From assembly GCA_904063045.1 (NCBI GenBank), contig CAJFCJ010000002.1:4298179-4362178 (forward strand): DNA of 64,000 nt, given 5' to 3'. The DNA is from Dimorphilus gyrociliatus (lineage: Eukaryota; Animalia; Annelida). A program made the position numbers and the translations under genes. Shown piece after piece: positions 1-13,689 of the stretch (positions are counted from its first letter, which is position 1; the number at the start of each line of letters is the position of its first letter). The notes beneath the pieces are model-generated. The model worked only from the letters and a program-made list of their open reading frames with translations, did not search any database and was not told the origin of the DNA.

Positions 1-78
1 AGTCGTTTCGCAAGCTTAATACTGGCAAAGGACAAAAACCGAACAACTTTTATGCAATTAAAAATCGCCTACATGAGA

Positions 79-2935
79 TCATTGCTGACTAGCGACTTCG
101 TCCACACTTTGACTATTCCCAGAAGAAGTTCCACTTCCGTTCTTGTTATTCACCCAGTTTGAACGTCTTTTACCGCCTATGAAAAACGAACTATATAATA
201 ATAAAAAAGTTTTTTTCTGACTCGTTTTAATATTAATGGAACAACAGACTGTAAAATTTCCTAATATCAGTTTCATATACCTACTTCAACGAAGAATTCT
301 AGCTAACTATTAAAACGAGTTCTAAATCTATACTTTTAAAAACACAACATACCACCACAAGCATTTTTTTGTCTCCTCACAGGTGGACAAGAGGATGTCG
401 GCGTCCTTATCGAAAACTGTTGCATTTGGTTTGTCGCTTGCTCAATACGATTTTGATATATATGATCCTGTGGGTGAGGAGGACATAAAACTATTGTATT
501 TCCAGTATGATTTGGAGGAGGTTGAGGCTGCTGTTGAGGAGGTGGCGGAGGTGGTTGTGGCGGTGGGGGCGCCACCTGCATCTGAACAGTATAAGGCTGC
601 TGCAGAACTTGCTGCTGGGGAACGACATAAGTTGGAGGGGGTGGGGGTGGTGCCAATGACGGAACTTGTTGAAAGCTTATCAAACTCCCGGCTGGAAGTG
701 GGCTTCCAGTTCCTGGATGCCTATATAACGAACCGTCGGACATTAAAAAAGGACTTCCGGTTTGAGGATTTATTATCACGCTTCCGCTGGGGATTTGTTC
801 AACTGATGTTGCTACCCAAACGGCGTATGGTCCCCCTCCGTCATACATGGACGTTAAATTAGATCCACTGGAATCTCTTGACATTACTAGTGATCTCGTT
901 CTGTCTGTAGAGTACCCGGATGAGTCAGTTGAACTCCATTGAAGTGGAAATGGAGAAACATGCTGTTGCATATCAGGAATAGAAAGGTGCTGTCCAAATA
1001 TTCTAGTTCTTGCCTGTAAATAATAACAAACGCGTTTTGAAAGTACTCGCTATGTCCGTAATTTAATTTTCTTCAAGTAAGGTTTTTCCTTTCAAACCAA
1101 AAAGAATAATTATCTTAAATTATAACATTAGTTATGAGATAGATGCTATTGTTATGAAAACTTTTTATAGCCTTTTCTAGTAAAAATCCTTAATAATTCT
1201 GGATATTCTTGATAAAAATAAACTTGATACTTCGGGCACATAATATGTTGGTATTCGAGTAAATAACTGTCTTTATCACATTTAGCACTCACAGACTATT
1301 TATTATTAAGAAAACAGTACGTACCTGATCATATTCCATTCTTCTTTCATCAACACTTTTTGATTTAGGTTGATTGCCTAATGGAACTTTCAGTGGAGCA
1401 TCTTCAACACTCGCCGGACGTCTTCTTAACAACTGCCTCGGTTGACCATTAGCCATTCTTATTATTTGACTAAAGGTTAGCGGAGGTAATCTAGTATTTG
1501 GTGTCCTATTTACAACAACGGCCTTTCCTGTATTATCAACATTGTGCTCTAAACCAAAGTAGGCGGCGACTCTGTGAACTAGCATCCTTTGATAACTAGA
1601 CATTGGAGGAAAACGTTTCAATGGCTCATTCGAATCTGTTACGAAAGTTATAAGTTCCATTTCCAACTTCAGGAGAAAAGTTCTATCTTTTGTGTTCCCC
1701 TTTGTCAATGTTTGGGTCAAAAATTGCTGAAGATCTACTCCCGAAGAATCAGTTGAAATTTCCAAACTTGATTCACGTGACAATCCCGAAGACGCGTCAC
1801 TTGCAGAAGAACCTGAAGCATCTTTAAGTAAACGACGATTAGGTTGAGGCGAAAGCGTCTTTGGAGATGGTAGTAAACTTCCAACATTATTGGGAGGTGG
1901 AGATGAACCGTCCAATGCTTGAGATCTTACCAGTACTTTCATCTAGGAATATAAGTTTGCTTGAGTAAAATGTTTGACCTAAGCTTAATATTTCTTGAGT
2001 TACTTATTTATATCATCACCGAAATGATTGATTGAGTCAGAAGGCTGACCTTATTGATATTTAGGTACAGAATTGTTATTCAAGTAATTCCTTGACAGTT
2101 CCCTTGCTTAGATTAGATTCTTATAATATCTCAAAGACATCGAAAAGTCTCGATGTAAGGTGCTGGGTGGATGAGGTAGTAGACGACTTGGACAATGAGC
2201 ACATCTATCTTATGAATGTATAACAAATTTTCAATATTCACAATAGAGCCTATTGAGCAGTGTCATTACGTTTTATTGCCAACTTTTATTTCACTTTCGA
2301 ATAAATATCTACGCCAAAAAGCTAAATTTTTCTAGGCTTACTCAAACTGTAATATAATTCTTCTCGGCTTATTCTTAGCTAACAAAATAAAAACTTCCCT
2401 GACCAAAATAGCTGATGATTCAGAATATGCGTATTACATTATATTATTTTAGTAATAAAGCAAAGTATGTACGGTTTACTAAATTCTTATACATTTAGCT
2501 TGGAGAAAAACGAGTTCAATAAGTGTTTTCGAAACTTCTGACACTAGCAAATGGAAGCCACATGTCGTAATAGAAATGGTAAAAACATAGTTCTTTATAG
2601 CTCTAACCGAAAACTCATTCCTGTAACTCCTACAATTTATTTTTTTGGTTTGTTTACCAATCTAGATGTTCAGGTTTAGTAGACCATTTGCTAGTTTCTG
2701 TTGGTTGAAATATCAAAGAGCGCAATAATTTGATCTATATAGCCTACATAGAACGCCAAATATTCTAAATCCTACATTTTTAAAAAATAAAATGTATCAC
2801 TTTTAACTGATTGTTGTCTTCCTCTTCCCCATCGGGAGTTGTTGTATCAGGTTCATCTTGAGACGCGCCATCTATCGGTTGAACTTCGGCTTTTTGACGT
2901 TTCAGTGAGGCTTTTCGTTCCAGCAGTTCTGCCAT
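79..2935 (-). CDS. R3HDM1: R3H/SUZ domain RNA-binding protein (R3HDM1/2-ARPP21-Encore family), ~503 aa; exons 2935-2801, 1942-1325, 1013-353, (298-281 optional), 176-79
   Basis: R3H motif 'FPPMSSYQRMLVHRVAAYFGLEHNVDNTGKAVVVN'. Upstream 'STDSSGVDLQQFLTQTL...DRTFLLKLE' and 'KVLVRSQAL'. SUZ 'DERRMEYDQ|ARTRIF' spans the 1324-1014 intron. All junctions are GT-AG and phase-consistent (1512 nt total). Pro/Gln-rich C-terminus. Paralogue cannot be resolved. Confidence 0.9.
220..320. repeat. Perfect 13-bp inverted repeat (actcgttttaata 220-232 / tattaaaacgagt 308-320) within the last R3HDM intron
   Basis: Direct reverse-complement match read from the sequence. Confidence 0.9.
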
Positions 2936-3548
2936 CTCTTTATAATGTTCTTTACTGAAATTTTACGCATATTTTTCACGACCTCCACAAAATAATATAC
3001 CTTTGCTAAGAGGAAAAAATTTCAATTGTCAAGAACTTACTTTTATTAGATCGTTCGCATATCTCTTTGGTCAATACCTAACATAGAAGTCTTGCTTTGG
3101 CAAAAAGTTGCTTAAAAATATCTAATTGAACACGAAAATTGAGAAAAACGAAAAAATCCAGGTCGATGGAATAGCCGGAAATGACATCACAGTATTCTAT
3201 AGTATCTTATGTTCGAGTCTGTTGAGTTTTTAAATTTATCATTTAGTGTTCAAATAGACAATTATATTAATTATTAATACCCAAACAAAACAAATAGATC
3301 TTAATTTTTTCGAAATTATATTTTGCGCGAAATTTATACGAAAACGAGCATGAGGAAAAATTAATCGGTGCTCACATATTATCTGGTTTATCTCAATATT
3401 ACAACTTTATCATACTTCAAAACCAATATATATGAAATCCATCGCTGATATTAATTAATATTATATCTAACGTATATTGTTACAATCTTCAAGCGTTAAA
3501 GCCAAGTACAAATTGGTTCTAATTTCGCGCCAGTCTTTATATCCGAAT

Positions 3549-6500
3549 ATGTCAGTTTATACTTGGAAAGCGGATAATTTGACTGTAGAACCCCGTAAAG
3601 TACAATGGAACAACAAAGAAAAAATAATTCAAGTCATAGCAGGACTGGATTACTTTGCATTGATAAGTGAAACCAGGAAATTACTGATGATGGGCTCAAA
3701 TCGCTACGGTCAGCTGGGGAACAATACAAAACAGGACTCTAATGAACCAATAGAAATTATGAAGAATATTGATATTGTTAGTTGTAGTACCCGACATACA
3801 GCTGCTATTGATTTTGAAGGTTCAGTTTGGTTTTGGGGAGATAATAGATGCAAGCAATGTGTTCCTGAAGAAATTGATTGTATTTTAAAGCCACAAAAAT
3901 TACGGTTTTCTGCAAAAATTAGACACGTTTCCCTGGCGAGTAACTTTTCTGCTTGTGTTGATGAAAATGGAAATTTGTATATTTGGGGTAGTAAAAATCA
4001 CATTGGTCTGAAATTGGAGGCAAATATTGAATCTCCCTATCTAATAGATAAGTCATTTTTTGGTGGAAAAGATGTTTTAAAAGTTTCATGCGGAGAATTC
4101 CATACACTCGCTTTAGTAAGAACGGATATGGATAAATTAAGAAGTAACATCAGCTTCGAAAAAGTAACCAAATCTAAGAGTGCTCCTGAAGATGTTAGAA
4201 GTTCTTATGAGCACGACTGCTCAACAGATAGGAAGAGGATGTTATCAGCTGGATCATTGGAGCTTCTTGAACAATTTACCGATTCTCAAGAGAAAGAGCC
4301 AGATTATTTTACAAACAAAGTGAGTCAAATCTTATCAGTAGTTCCGCCAAGACCTCGTGAAGTGGCTTTAGGAATGATGAAATCGCTTAGAAATTCTTTT
4401 TCAACTACTCAAGCTCCTAGTCAACCCATTTTTGGTGTTCGAAAATGCTGCCCACTTCAAAAATCGAACAGTTGTGACTCTTTACCAAAACTGATTGACA
4501 AAGCTATACCAGAAGCTCCATCGTTAGAAACTAATGTCGTAGTTCACACCGAAGTATGGTGTTGGGGTAATGGAAATCACGGTCAACTGGGTCAAGGTGA
4601 TCAAATTGATCGAAATAAACCTGTTCGTATTCGCTCTCTCATCAATAAATGCGTTATTGATATGAAGGCAGGAAATCAAACTTCCTTAGTGTTAACTGCA
4701 GATGGAACTGTTTACAAATTTGGCAATGATACGCTTGTTCCAACTCATATCAATCTACAAACACCAACTACTGGTATCTCTCTGACCGCTAACTGCTCTT
4801 TTTTTATAATGGATGCTCCTAAGTTTGCAACTCATTTGTGGGTCTTAAAGAAAACTGGCCTAAATCAATCATCCAGCTTGGACGGTAAAGGAAGAATACG
4901 TCAAATGGCGAGTTGTCCTTTTGAAGGAAGAACAGCGGCTGTCATTATAGAGGAAGATGAGCATAAAGGAATATATGAGCTTGCAGTAACCGAAAGACAT
5001 TTTCTAACATCCCTTGTAGCTGTTAGGACTCACCTTATTACTCCAATTATTAATAGCGAAGCTTATGGAGCTTTTAAAGGTAATTATAAATTAAATAAAT
5101 CCATCTTTCTAAGGAGTTATTTATCTTCGAATTAAGTTTAGTAAATTGACATGTAAAAAATAAAATTTTTTAGAACAACCTCATGACGGACAAGCCTTCG
5201 AGCGTCTCTTAGCAGCTTATAATGAAACAATCGATCGTGTGAGAACGCTATGTGTTGAATTATCTGAAATTTGCTCACTTTTGCGACCAATAGAACATTT
5301 AAGTTTAACAACAGAACATTCCAAAACGTTTGAAGAATATGGTATTCTTTACGACAACTGTTTATCACTAGGCAGTGTCCATTCTTTATCAAATGTATGT
5401 AGAAAAACGATAGATGAGGCTACAATCAAAGTTAAAGACATTTTAAAAAGAACAATAGGGCCAACAAATGTTCTAATTTATGCTCTCACATTACCGCTGC
5501 GGAGAAGTGGTGAATACGGTCGCCTCTGCTCAAAGATAGCTTCCAATTTTGCTCCAAATTCCTCCAGACATGTCTTCTTTGCTCAAATTGCCGAGATATG
5601 GGCTAATTTAAAAAGATCAACATCAGAGAGACATAACATAGCGGAAATGACTCGAAAATTTTGGGCTTCGTCCAAAATATCTGAGTCACTCCGATGCCCG
5701 GATAGAAGAGTTTTAAAAGAAGGTGACAAAAATGAATTAGTATCACAAAACGCTGGAAGATTTTTCTCAAGATCTTTCATTTTATTTAACGATATCCTCG
5801 TTGATGCCGGTTATGGAAATTTAAAGAAATATAATCTATTGACAATTTGGCTCGAAGAGGACCTCGATGAACAAAAGAACATTGTACTTGTAACACCTGA
5901 GGAAAGAATTGTGCTATGTGCCAGTCGATTAGAAGTGAGAAATAGCTGGATGAAAATTCTGCAGCAGTCAATTATCAAAGCACTAGGTTGCGAGGGTAGG
6001 AACATCCCTGTTGTCAGAAATGCAACATATGATTTTGACAAGAAAAAAAAAGGATTGTATAAGGGTGCTACATACACCGGTAATTGGATACAAGGTAAAA
6101 TGCACGGAACAGGAAGTATGATATGGTCCGACGGGCGCGTATTAAGTGGATTTTGGTCGAACTCTCTTCCTCATGGCTTTTGCGAGGAAAGAGTTCCCGA
6201 TTCTACAGGCAACTTAATGCACTATAAAGGTACTTCTATCAACATCTATTTAAAAAATAAGTTCTTTTAATGTATTCTGTTTTCCTAAAGGTCATTTTAG
6301 AATGGGTCAACGTCATGGTTCTGCTGAAATTGTTTATCCTGATGGTTCTGTGTACGAGGGTCGTATAAGAGAAGGACAAAGACAGGGACATGGACAGTTA
6401 AAACAAAATTTCTCTGTTTTCATAGGCGATTTTCTCCAAGACAAAAAAGACGGATATGGCGTTTTGGACTCTGGTAATGAAAGATATTTGGGAGAATGGA

Positions 6501-7997
6501 AGAACGATCTTCGGCATGGTCGGGGAATGACCTTAACTCTTGATGGCAGGTGCATTTGTGGTACCTGGAAGGAGGATCGATTAAATGGTGATTGTGTAAT
6601 TTTATACGAAAATGAGAGTCAATATGTCGGACAAGTAAATCCTGCCGTTGAACCGAATGGTCAAGGTATCTTTGAACTCGATTCAGGTTATTTGTTATTT
6701 GCAAAAGAAAGTGCAGCAAATTTAGTAATGGCATTTCATTTTAAATTTAGGTTACACCCTTGATGGGACTTTCGGCTCAGGCTCTGAGGGATTGGAGGTT
6801 CACGGTGTATTAACTTTTGACCCTACAAAAAAGAAAATTACAGATGTTCGAGATAGAATAAAATCCCCCCCAATTCATATATCAGCGAAGCAAAAGTGGA
6901 ATTCTATTTGGAGAGAATTAGAAGAGACTTTCGCCCTAGATGATGACCTCGAACCAATTCCTGAGTTGTCACCTGAAGAACTTTCTGCACATGCATGGAG
7001 ATGCGTAGAAAGATGTGCAGAAGCTGCTCCCCATCATCAAAAGATTCTCTCCCGTAATCCTTTGAAAAATTCCATATCTACCTTAACGACTGAAGATATT
7101 GACGTTCTCTCAGATTATCTCAATGCCGTTATTGATACAACGTGGCACCCATTAGGTATTGCTATGAGACGTCTTGTATCGGCTTTTCGTCTTTCCTATA
7201 CAGGTATAGGATGTCATCCAGCAATAATGTTGCATGTTGCTTTGAGCGAGGTAGCTGATTATTCAAAGCGCTTCGTTCGCTTAATTCTGCCACTTTTCCC
7301 TCAACTTCCATCGACTCTACCAGATGAACCAGGAATGATAGACGAAGATACTATTATTACCGCTGATAACTTGGTGCATCCCTTACTAGTTCCAAGAATT
7401 TATACATCTCTGTTTGCATTGCACGCCTTGGTAACTATCTATCATTAACACTTATTTGTCTTGTAAGCTTGATGAAGCACTTTACAAAACAAAATTCTTT
7501 CCTAATTAATCTATTTTTAGTAGCCATTATGAGAGGAAATGACCTTTTAACGATGTTTGTTTTTCAAGGTTGTTGGCTCTGACGAAGATGATTCTAGATA
7601 TTGGAAGAAAGTTATTACTTGCTCTCGACTGCAGCATAAGCAACTTTCAGCTGCCTTAGGCGTAGCTGAACGCCTGCAAATTGTAACCTGCGAAACGGCT
7701 GCCGATTGCCTGCAAAGATTACCCACCGCTTTTTCAATTTATACAAAATTTGACGTACTGCAAAGGACATTTCAATTACTAACTGATGAAGTAAGATCGG
7801 CTTCGGCAGACAGTACACCAATGGATGATTTACTTCCTCTTGTTGAAATGACTGTTGTAAAAGCTAAGATAAGACATTTAGGTGCTGAAATTTTGTTTAT
7901 GGAGAGACTTATGGAAGACCATATCATGCATGGTGAAAAGGGTATCCTACTCACAACTTTAAGCGCTTCTTATTTACAGCTGCAAAATGAAATTTGA
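3549..7997 (+). CDS. ALS2: Alsin (RCC1 repeats, DH/PH, MORN repeats, VPS9 Rab5-GEF domain), ~1363 aa; exons 3549-5079, 5174-6229, 6291-6686, 6751-7430, 7569-7997
   Basis: RCC1 repeats ('GSNRYGQLG', 'VSCGEFHTLAL', 'WGNGNHGQLG'). PH 'RSFILFNDILV'. MORN repeats ('YTGNWIQGKMHGTG', 'YLGEWKNDLRHGRG'). VPS9 'MDDLLPLVEMTVVKAKIRHLGAEI...GEKGILLTTL'. Exon sum 4092 nt, in frame. Confidence 0.95.
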
Positions 7998-8510
7998 TAT
8001 TGTTTATTTATTGCGAAACTTCAATGGAACAAATTCTATAGTTTATCTTTTTAGAATTAAATCAAGCTCACAGAGAAAAGCCATTGGCAGTTTTTTCTGC
8101 ACAATTACTATTTACCACAAATTGTAAATAAAACGATTTGATGTCCCTAAGAACCTCTAAAGAATTTTGAGTTCTATTTTACGTGTTCAATAAACCTATT
8201 GAATAATCTAAACAATTAAAATTATCGGTGTCTTGTATATTTTCCGCACAATTTATCAAACAACTATAAAGTGTACCAAATCTTTTTTATTACTTTTAAC
8301 AAACACATCTTCTCAAGTTGTTTATCAAGGATAAGTCTGCATTTATTCACAGTGCATTATAAATTACAAATAACTTATACATTTTTACAGTCTATCGCAG
8401 CTTCGATCAAATAATATACTCCGTCCTATAAATTAAAGTAGCACGAGTGCTATTTAGTACTCCTTTGCCATAAATAATTAAAAAAGAAAATATTTAAAAT
8501 GTTAATTAAA

Positions 8511-10451
8511 TCAGGATTTTCTTCTAAGTGTTCTTTTACGGCTGTTCGACAGAGTAGAAAAATTTCGGCTATGTAGTCCACTACTATGAATTGGATCAGA
8601 CCAGTCACTAACACTTTGTGAAGTATGGTACTTCGCACTAGAGGTTTTATTATAAACTGGTAAAAGCTCACTAGCATCATCAGGAAAAACTTTTATGTTC
8701 ACGTAGGCATCTGTGCCATAACCCTCAACAGATGACAAATGTAAATCCCCCAAGAAATACTTAGCATACAATCTGGATAATGGTAAACCATATCCATAAC
8801 CAGCAAGAGGTGTCGATGATGCAGCGGCTGGACTTGGAGGTCGGGGAGCAGTTGAATACATATAGTTAAATAGCAAAGGTAATTGAGATCTACTAATTCC
8901 ACCGCCTTCATCATGAATTTTAATAGTTAAATCTTCATTTCCTTTGCAGATCATAACTTTAATATCTGGTAGACTGTCTTTTTGACCATGAGTTTCAACG
9001 ACCGCTCTTAAAGCATTTTTAAACAGTTCAAAGAGAATATGATAGAGATGTGAAGGAACATATGTTACAGTCAGTGATCCCTCTTTGTTACCAGACGGGT
9101 CAACACTCTCAAATACACAATCTGGAGAATTTAGGTAGTATTGTTCACACAAAAATTTAGCATTCTCATATGCATCTTGAGCAACATCTTGAACACGACA
9201 AGCTGGGTCTATTGCTCCTATATGCTTAGAGGACTGATGCCGTTCCGGATCAAAGAGCAAAGTATGCTGATTGATTAGCATTCTGATAGAAATACGGCTC
9301 ATATAGAATCTATCAAGAAAGTATTGCACTTGTTTCTCCAAAAGACCAGTTGCGTAATTCTCATCTTCTTTCATTTCAATTACTCCTTGAGCCATAGTCT
9401 CTACTACTGACTGGTGACGATTCCTAATTTTCACCAAAGATTCAGTGAAATATTCTAAAATCGAACTGTCCTTCGGGTCAGACTTCTCATATCGTAATAT
9501 TTCCTAAGAGTAAAAAAATTTCCCTTTATGAAGATTCAAAAATCATTTCCACTTTTATAAACAAAACAACAATAAACAAATAACGATTCATAATATATAT
9601 ATATATACTAATATATATACTTTATATATATATATATAGATATAGAAACAAGTGAACTGTTGTAAATTTTTATCAGTCAACACGTCGTGATGAGAATAAT
9701 ACAAAATCTTATCTAAGTTCTATGTTTAGATATTTCATCATGTATTTCGTATTTCGGTTTAAAATAACAAATCCAAGGAGGGAGGCTATACTACTTAATT
9801 ATTAAGAGAAAGATGCAACTTACTTGAAAACTCTGTTCATACCATCCTTCCACTATTTGAACTGAGGGAGTTAAAAGCAACTGATCTGGTAGTAAGTTTA
9901 TTTCCTTCATAATATTAGCCAATCTCACTGGTAGTTCTTTCCTTAAAAAGAAGAAAGATGTTTTCTCACATCCGCTGTTGATCCCTGCATAATAATAGAA
10001 GGACTGTTTACTTCATTCAAAAAATAAGAGTTACAGAAATATAATACCAAAATCGATTAATCTTTTTAATGATAAACAGCTTGGATTGTAAACGGAATAT
10101 TCGTTTAACTTCAAAGAATCAATCGAGAAGTTTTTACATGCGTCTCTAAGGAATTTAGATAAACGCATTTTGAATTTCAGGTGATAACTGACTATGACAG
10201 TAAATAAATAAATAGAGATATAATTCTATGTTTGGACTTTGGCCTTGCATAATTGACCTCATCAAAACAGTTATAAACACTGTTTGATAACAATAGCTAA
10301 ATTCCAACGCATGCGCATAGAGCATCTTAGAAAAAAAATTTCCTTTACCGAAATCAAGAAATTGTCTGATCGTAAGCACAGTAGGATGATAGCGGGAGAA
10401 AGCTTCTATTGTGTCCGATAATTTTCGGAGAAGCGTTTGACTTTGCCGCAT
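8511..10451 (-). CDS. PDK: Mitochondrial pyruvate dehydrogenase kinase, ~418 aa; exons 10451-10349, 9984-9824, 9503-8511
   Basis: '[17 protein letters not shown]', '[19 protein letters not shown]', 'ELFKNALRA', 'KIHDEGGG', '[18 protein letters not shown]', C-terminal DW motif. Exon sum 1257 nt. Confidence 0.97.
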
Positions 10452-11177
10452 TTTTCAGGGAAATACAAATTTGGTGTATAAACTGTCTTTCATTCGACCT
10501 TCGCCTTTTAGAATATATTCACAAGAGCACGATGCTGATTGGTCGAGAGCGGATGAGCCCCAATCTTAATATGTGTATACAATGGAAAAATACCAAATGA
10601 TACGTCATAACTTACCAAAATTGATGAATCTTTCTAAAGATAGAGGAGACGGGTGAAATATAGCATAACGATCAACTAACTCATTAATTACGTTAGCTCC
10701 AACAGGCTTTGCCTTGGAACATAAACTGAGAAATAGTCTCATGTCTAAATTAGCTTTTAAAGTTTCAATGTCTTCTTAAAAGTTAGCTGTAGTTTGATAA
10801 TTCCACGATGTCAGATATAGCTGAACACTCTTTTAACGGCTCGAAAAAAGCACACAAAAAGATAGGAAAATTTCCTTCTCTTAAAGCGAGTGGCTCTTAT
10901 ATAAGCTATAGCTAGAAATCTGCTAATGCATATGCATAATCACAAAAATTCATGAGGTATATTTGTGTTTTGTATTCCTACCATGATTTGAATAGCTCGT
11001 TTTGCGGTGGAACTATGAACCAGCCCCCTGAATAGTAGAGGTTTCTCCGTGTAAAATTTTCAAAATGGCGAAACTTTATAATTACTTTGCGGACATCATG
11101 CGCTGTATGATTCAGTTGGTATCTTCATCACGCATGTGACTACGTCGATTTCTTCAACCAGATACACGCGTGGAACA

Positions 11178-12200
11178 ATGTCCTCGGACGAGGAACTTCA
11201 AGATTTTTTCGCTAAAAAAGATAAAACTAAGATCAAAAAAAAGGCAAAGACAAAAACTGGAAAAGAATCTGTTGATAGTCCAGTTGACAACAGCGGTAAA
11301 TCCAAAGTGAAAAAAGCCAAGAAAAAAGAAAAAGAAAAGGCTCCGGAAACGGAAAGTAAATCTGAAAAAAAGGACGATGAAGAAGAATGGATCGATTTTG
11401 AAACTCCAGCTGAAGTTGATTTGAGCGGATTACGAATAAATACCCAGCTAACGTAAGAACAGAAAAATTTCAGAATCGTCTTAATCGGAATACCGAATAT
11501 TCCCCAAATTTCATCACCATACTTCACAATTTATATTTTCCCAATTACTTCGCATACTCATGTTGAATTTAAATTTATATCATTATGTTCTTCAATTCGA
11601 AAATAACAAAAAAATATCGTATCCATTCTTCATACCGTATGGTCTTCTGTTTTAATTTAGGCAACAAGTAGAAGAAGAAAGTAAAGATATTGAAACTGAA
11701 GAGGAAAGAGCGGAAAAGGATAAGGAAGAAGGTCCTTGGAAGCCTGTAACACAGACAGCTAAACCCCCCACGCCTGAACCTGTTGTACCCGAGGGTAATT
11801 TTATTCATTATATCGGTTGTCTGATACACAATTTAATTTGATATTAAATTAGTTGATTTTTAGGTATAGTTTACACTGCATTTTGCTAAAGATTTTGTTA
11901 CATCCCTTAGTTGAGCCCACTCCAAAACAAGAGGAGACTGAGCAAAAGTACGTTCCACCGCAAAAGCGTTCAACCTCTGACAATAGACCATTAGCACCAG
12001 TGGTTCTTGGAAAATGGAAAAAATCGGCTCCTAATATAAAGTCAGAGGAAGATTTTCCAACTCTTGGAGCCATCGTTCCATCAGACATTTCAGGAGGAAA
12101 TTTTGAAAATGTACAACGAGGTGGTCGATATATGGACACAAGTAAATCGACTGTACCGACTCTGGAAGTAGGTAATAAATACGGCGCCTTAGCTGATTAA
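11178..12200 (+). CDS. CDV3: CDV3 homolog, ~232 aa; exons 11178-11452, 11661-11794, 11911-12200
   Basis: N-terminal 'LQDFFAKKDK', 'EEEWIDFE...VDLSGLRI', 'GPWK', 'YVPP', 'APNIKSEEDFPTL', 'LEVGNKYGAL' are CDV3 family motifs. Phases are consistent (699 nt). Confidence 0.9.
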
Positions 12201-13689
12201 CGGCAGAATATCGGAGTAGGCCATTTTATTTTTTAATTTCGCTGTCCAATAAAATTTGTGAATCTTGGATCAAATAAAAGTTGCTAAATCCGAAATTAAT
12301 TGTTTTCAATATCTAAGTATTAAATATACATATATATGAATCCATCATTAAAACACTCACAGAAGCCTTACGTAGTAATTCCTATAACCAATATCTAATG
12401 GAAATATTTAGTCATCTGACTATAGTTTTCGAGAATTGTTAAATTGTTAAAATACACTTACGAACGAAAATATTATAAAAAAAATTCGAGTATAAAAATA
12501 ATTGAATAATATTGATTTTACATATAATCTACTTATAGAGCAAACTAGATCTTAAGTAACGATTAAATGTTAGACTGTAAAAAAAATAACTCATTATAGA
12601 CGCAGACCGTTCACGAATTGCTATTTAAAATGAATCATCGAATGGGGACAATATTGCTGTTAATATAAATAATCGATTTAGTAATAATTGATTATATTGA
12701 ATTTTTTTCATAAGCATAACACATTCCAACAGATATTTTTTTGTATTGCACTTACTTTCACGCCACAAATACAACTTTTGATAGAATAAGGATTGTATTA
12801 TTGAAATTATATAAACAACTAATCTAAGGCAATTAAAAGAAATCTGTACTTGAGCACTTTCTAACATTTAAAACTTTTATGGTTTTATCATATTGTTAAA
12901 TTGAAAATTTTCTATTTTAAACTGTATTAGTTTCTTTGGGTAGTTTATAAAGGAAATTCAAGGAGACGCTCGTGTTTTTCATTGAATACTTATAATTTAA
13001 TAATCAAAAAGATAATACAGTTGTTTGATGTGAACATTTTCCGCAGGTGTTCTCATATTATTAAAATCCTTGAGAACTCGTTCTAGATGGCGCTTTTTAC
13101 CTGAAGAAACTGATTACTATGTTTTACCTATGAACAAATAAATCAAAGAATACAATACTTTAAACTTTTGATGACTTTTCACTTTCATTTCAAACTTTTC
13201 GAACTATGTAAAACAAGGCAAAATCAATCACCTGCAATCCAAGCTTAGAATTTCTTACAAATGAATTTAACAGCATATACAATTGTAAAGAAGTAAAATT
13301 AACTTAAAGTGAGAGTATATATTCCTCACAATATCTTTATTGTACTCAGAAAAAAAGAGAAAGTACTTTACTTTTAAAATGTTACATTGTTACATTTAGA
13401 TATTTTGCTCGTTGAATATATGAATAAGTAAATTTGACGGAAAATTTTCAAAGGGATTTGGCGAAATGTACTACTAACTTAAAGTAAATTAATAGATTGA
13501 GCTAGTGAGTTTAAGTATCATGGTTTTAAAAAATAAGTTAGCTATTAAATATCTTATTTATTCAATGTTTCTAAAGTAAAAGACACTATAGACTTTGTTT
13601 ATTGTATGGAAACTTCTCTAGTTATTATGTTAAAGTAAGTTGGAAGTATCTATATCAAGATTATATGGGTCTTTTTCAATTTTTTTGGT

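Noticed and set aside
383-862. 159-aa plus-strand ORF
   Set aside because: Antisense shadow of the Pro/Gln-rich R3HDM exon; no recognisable domain.
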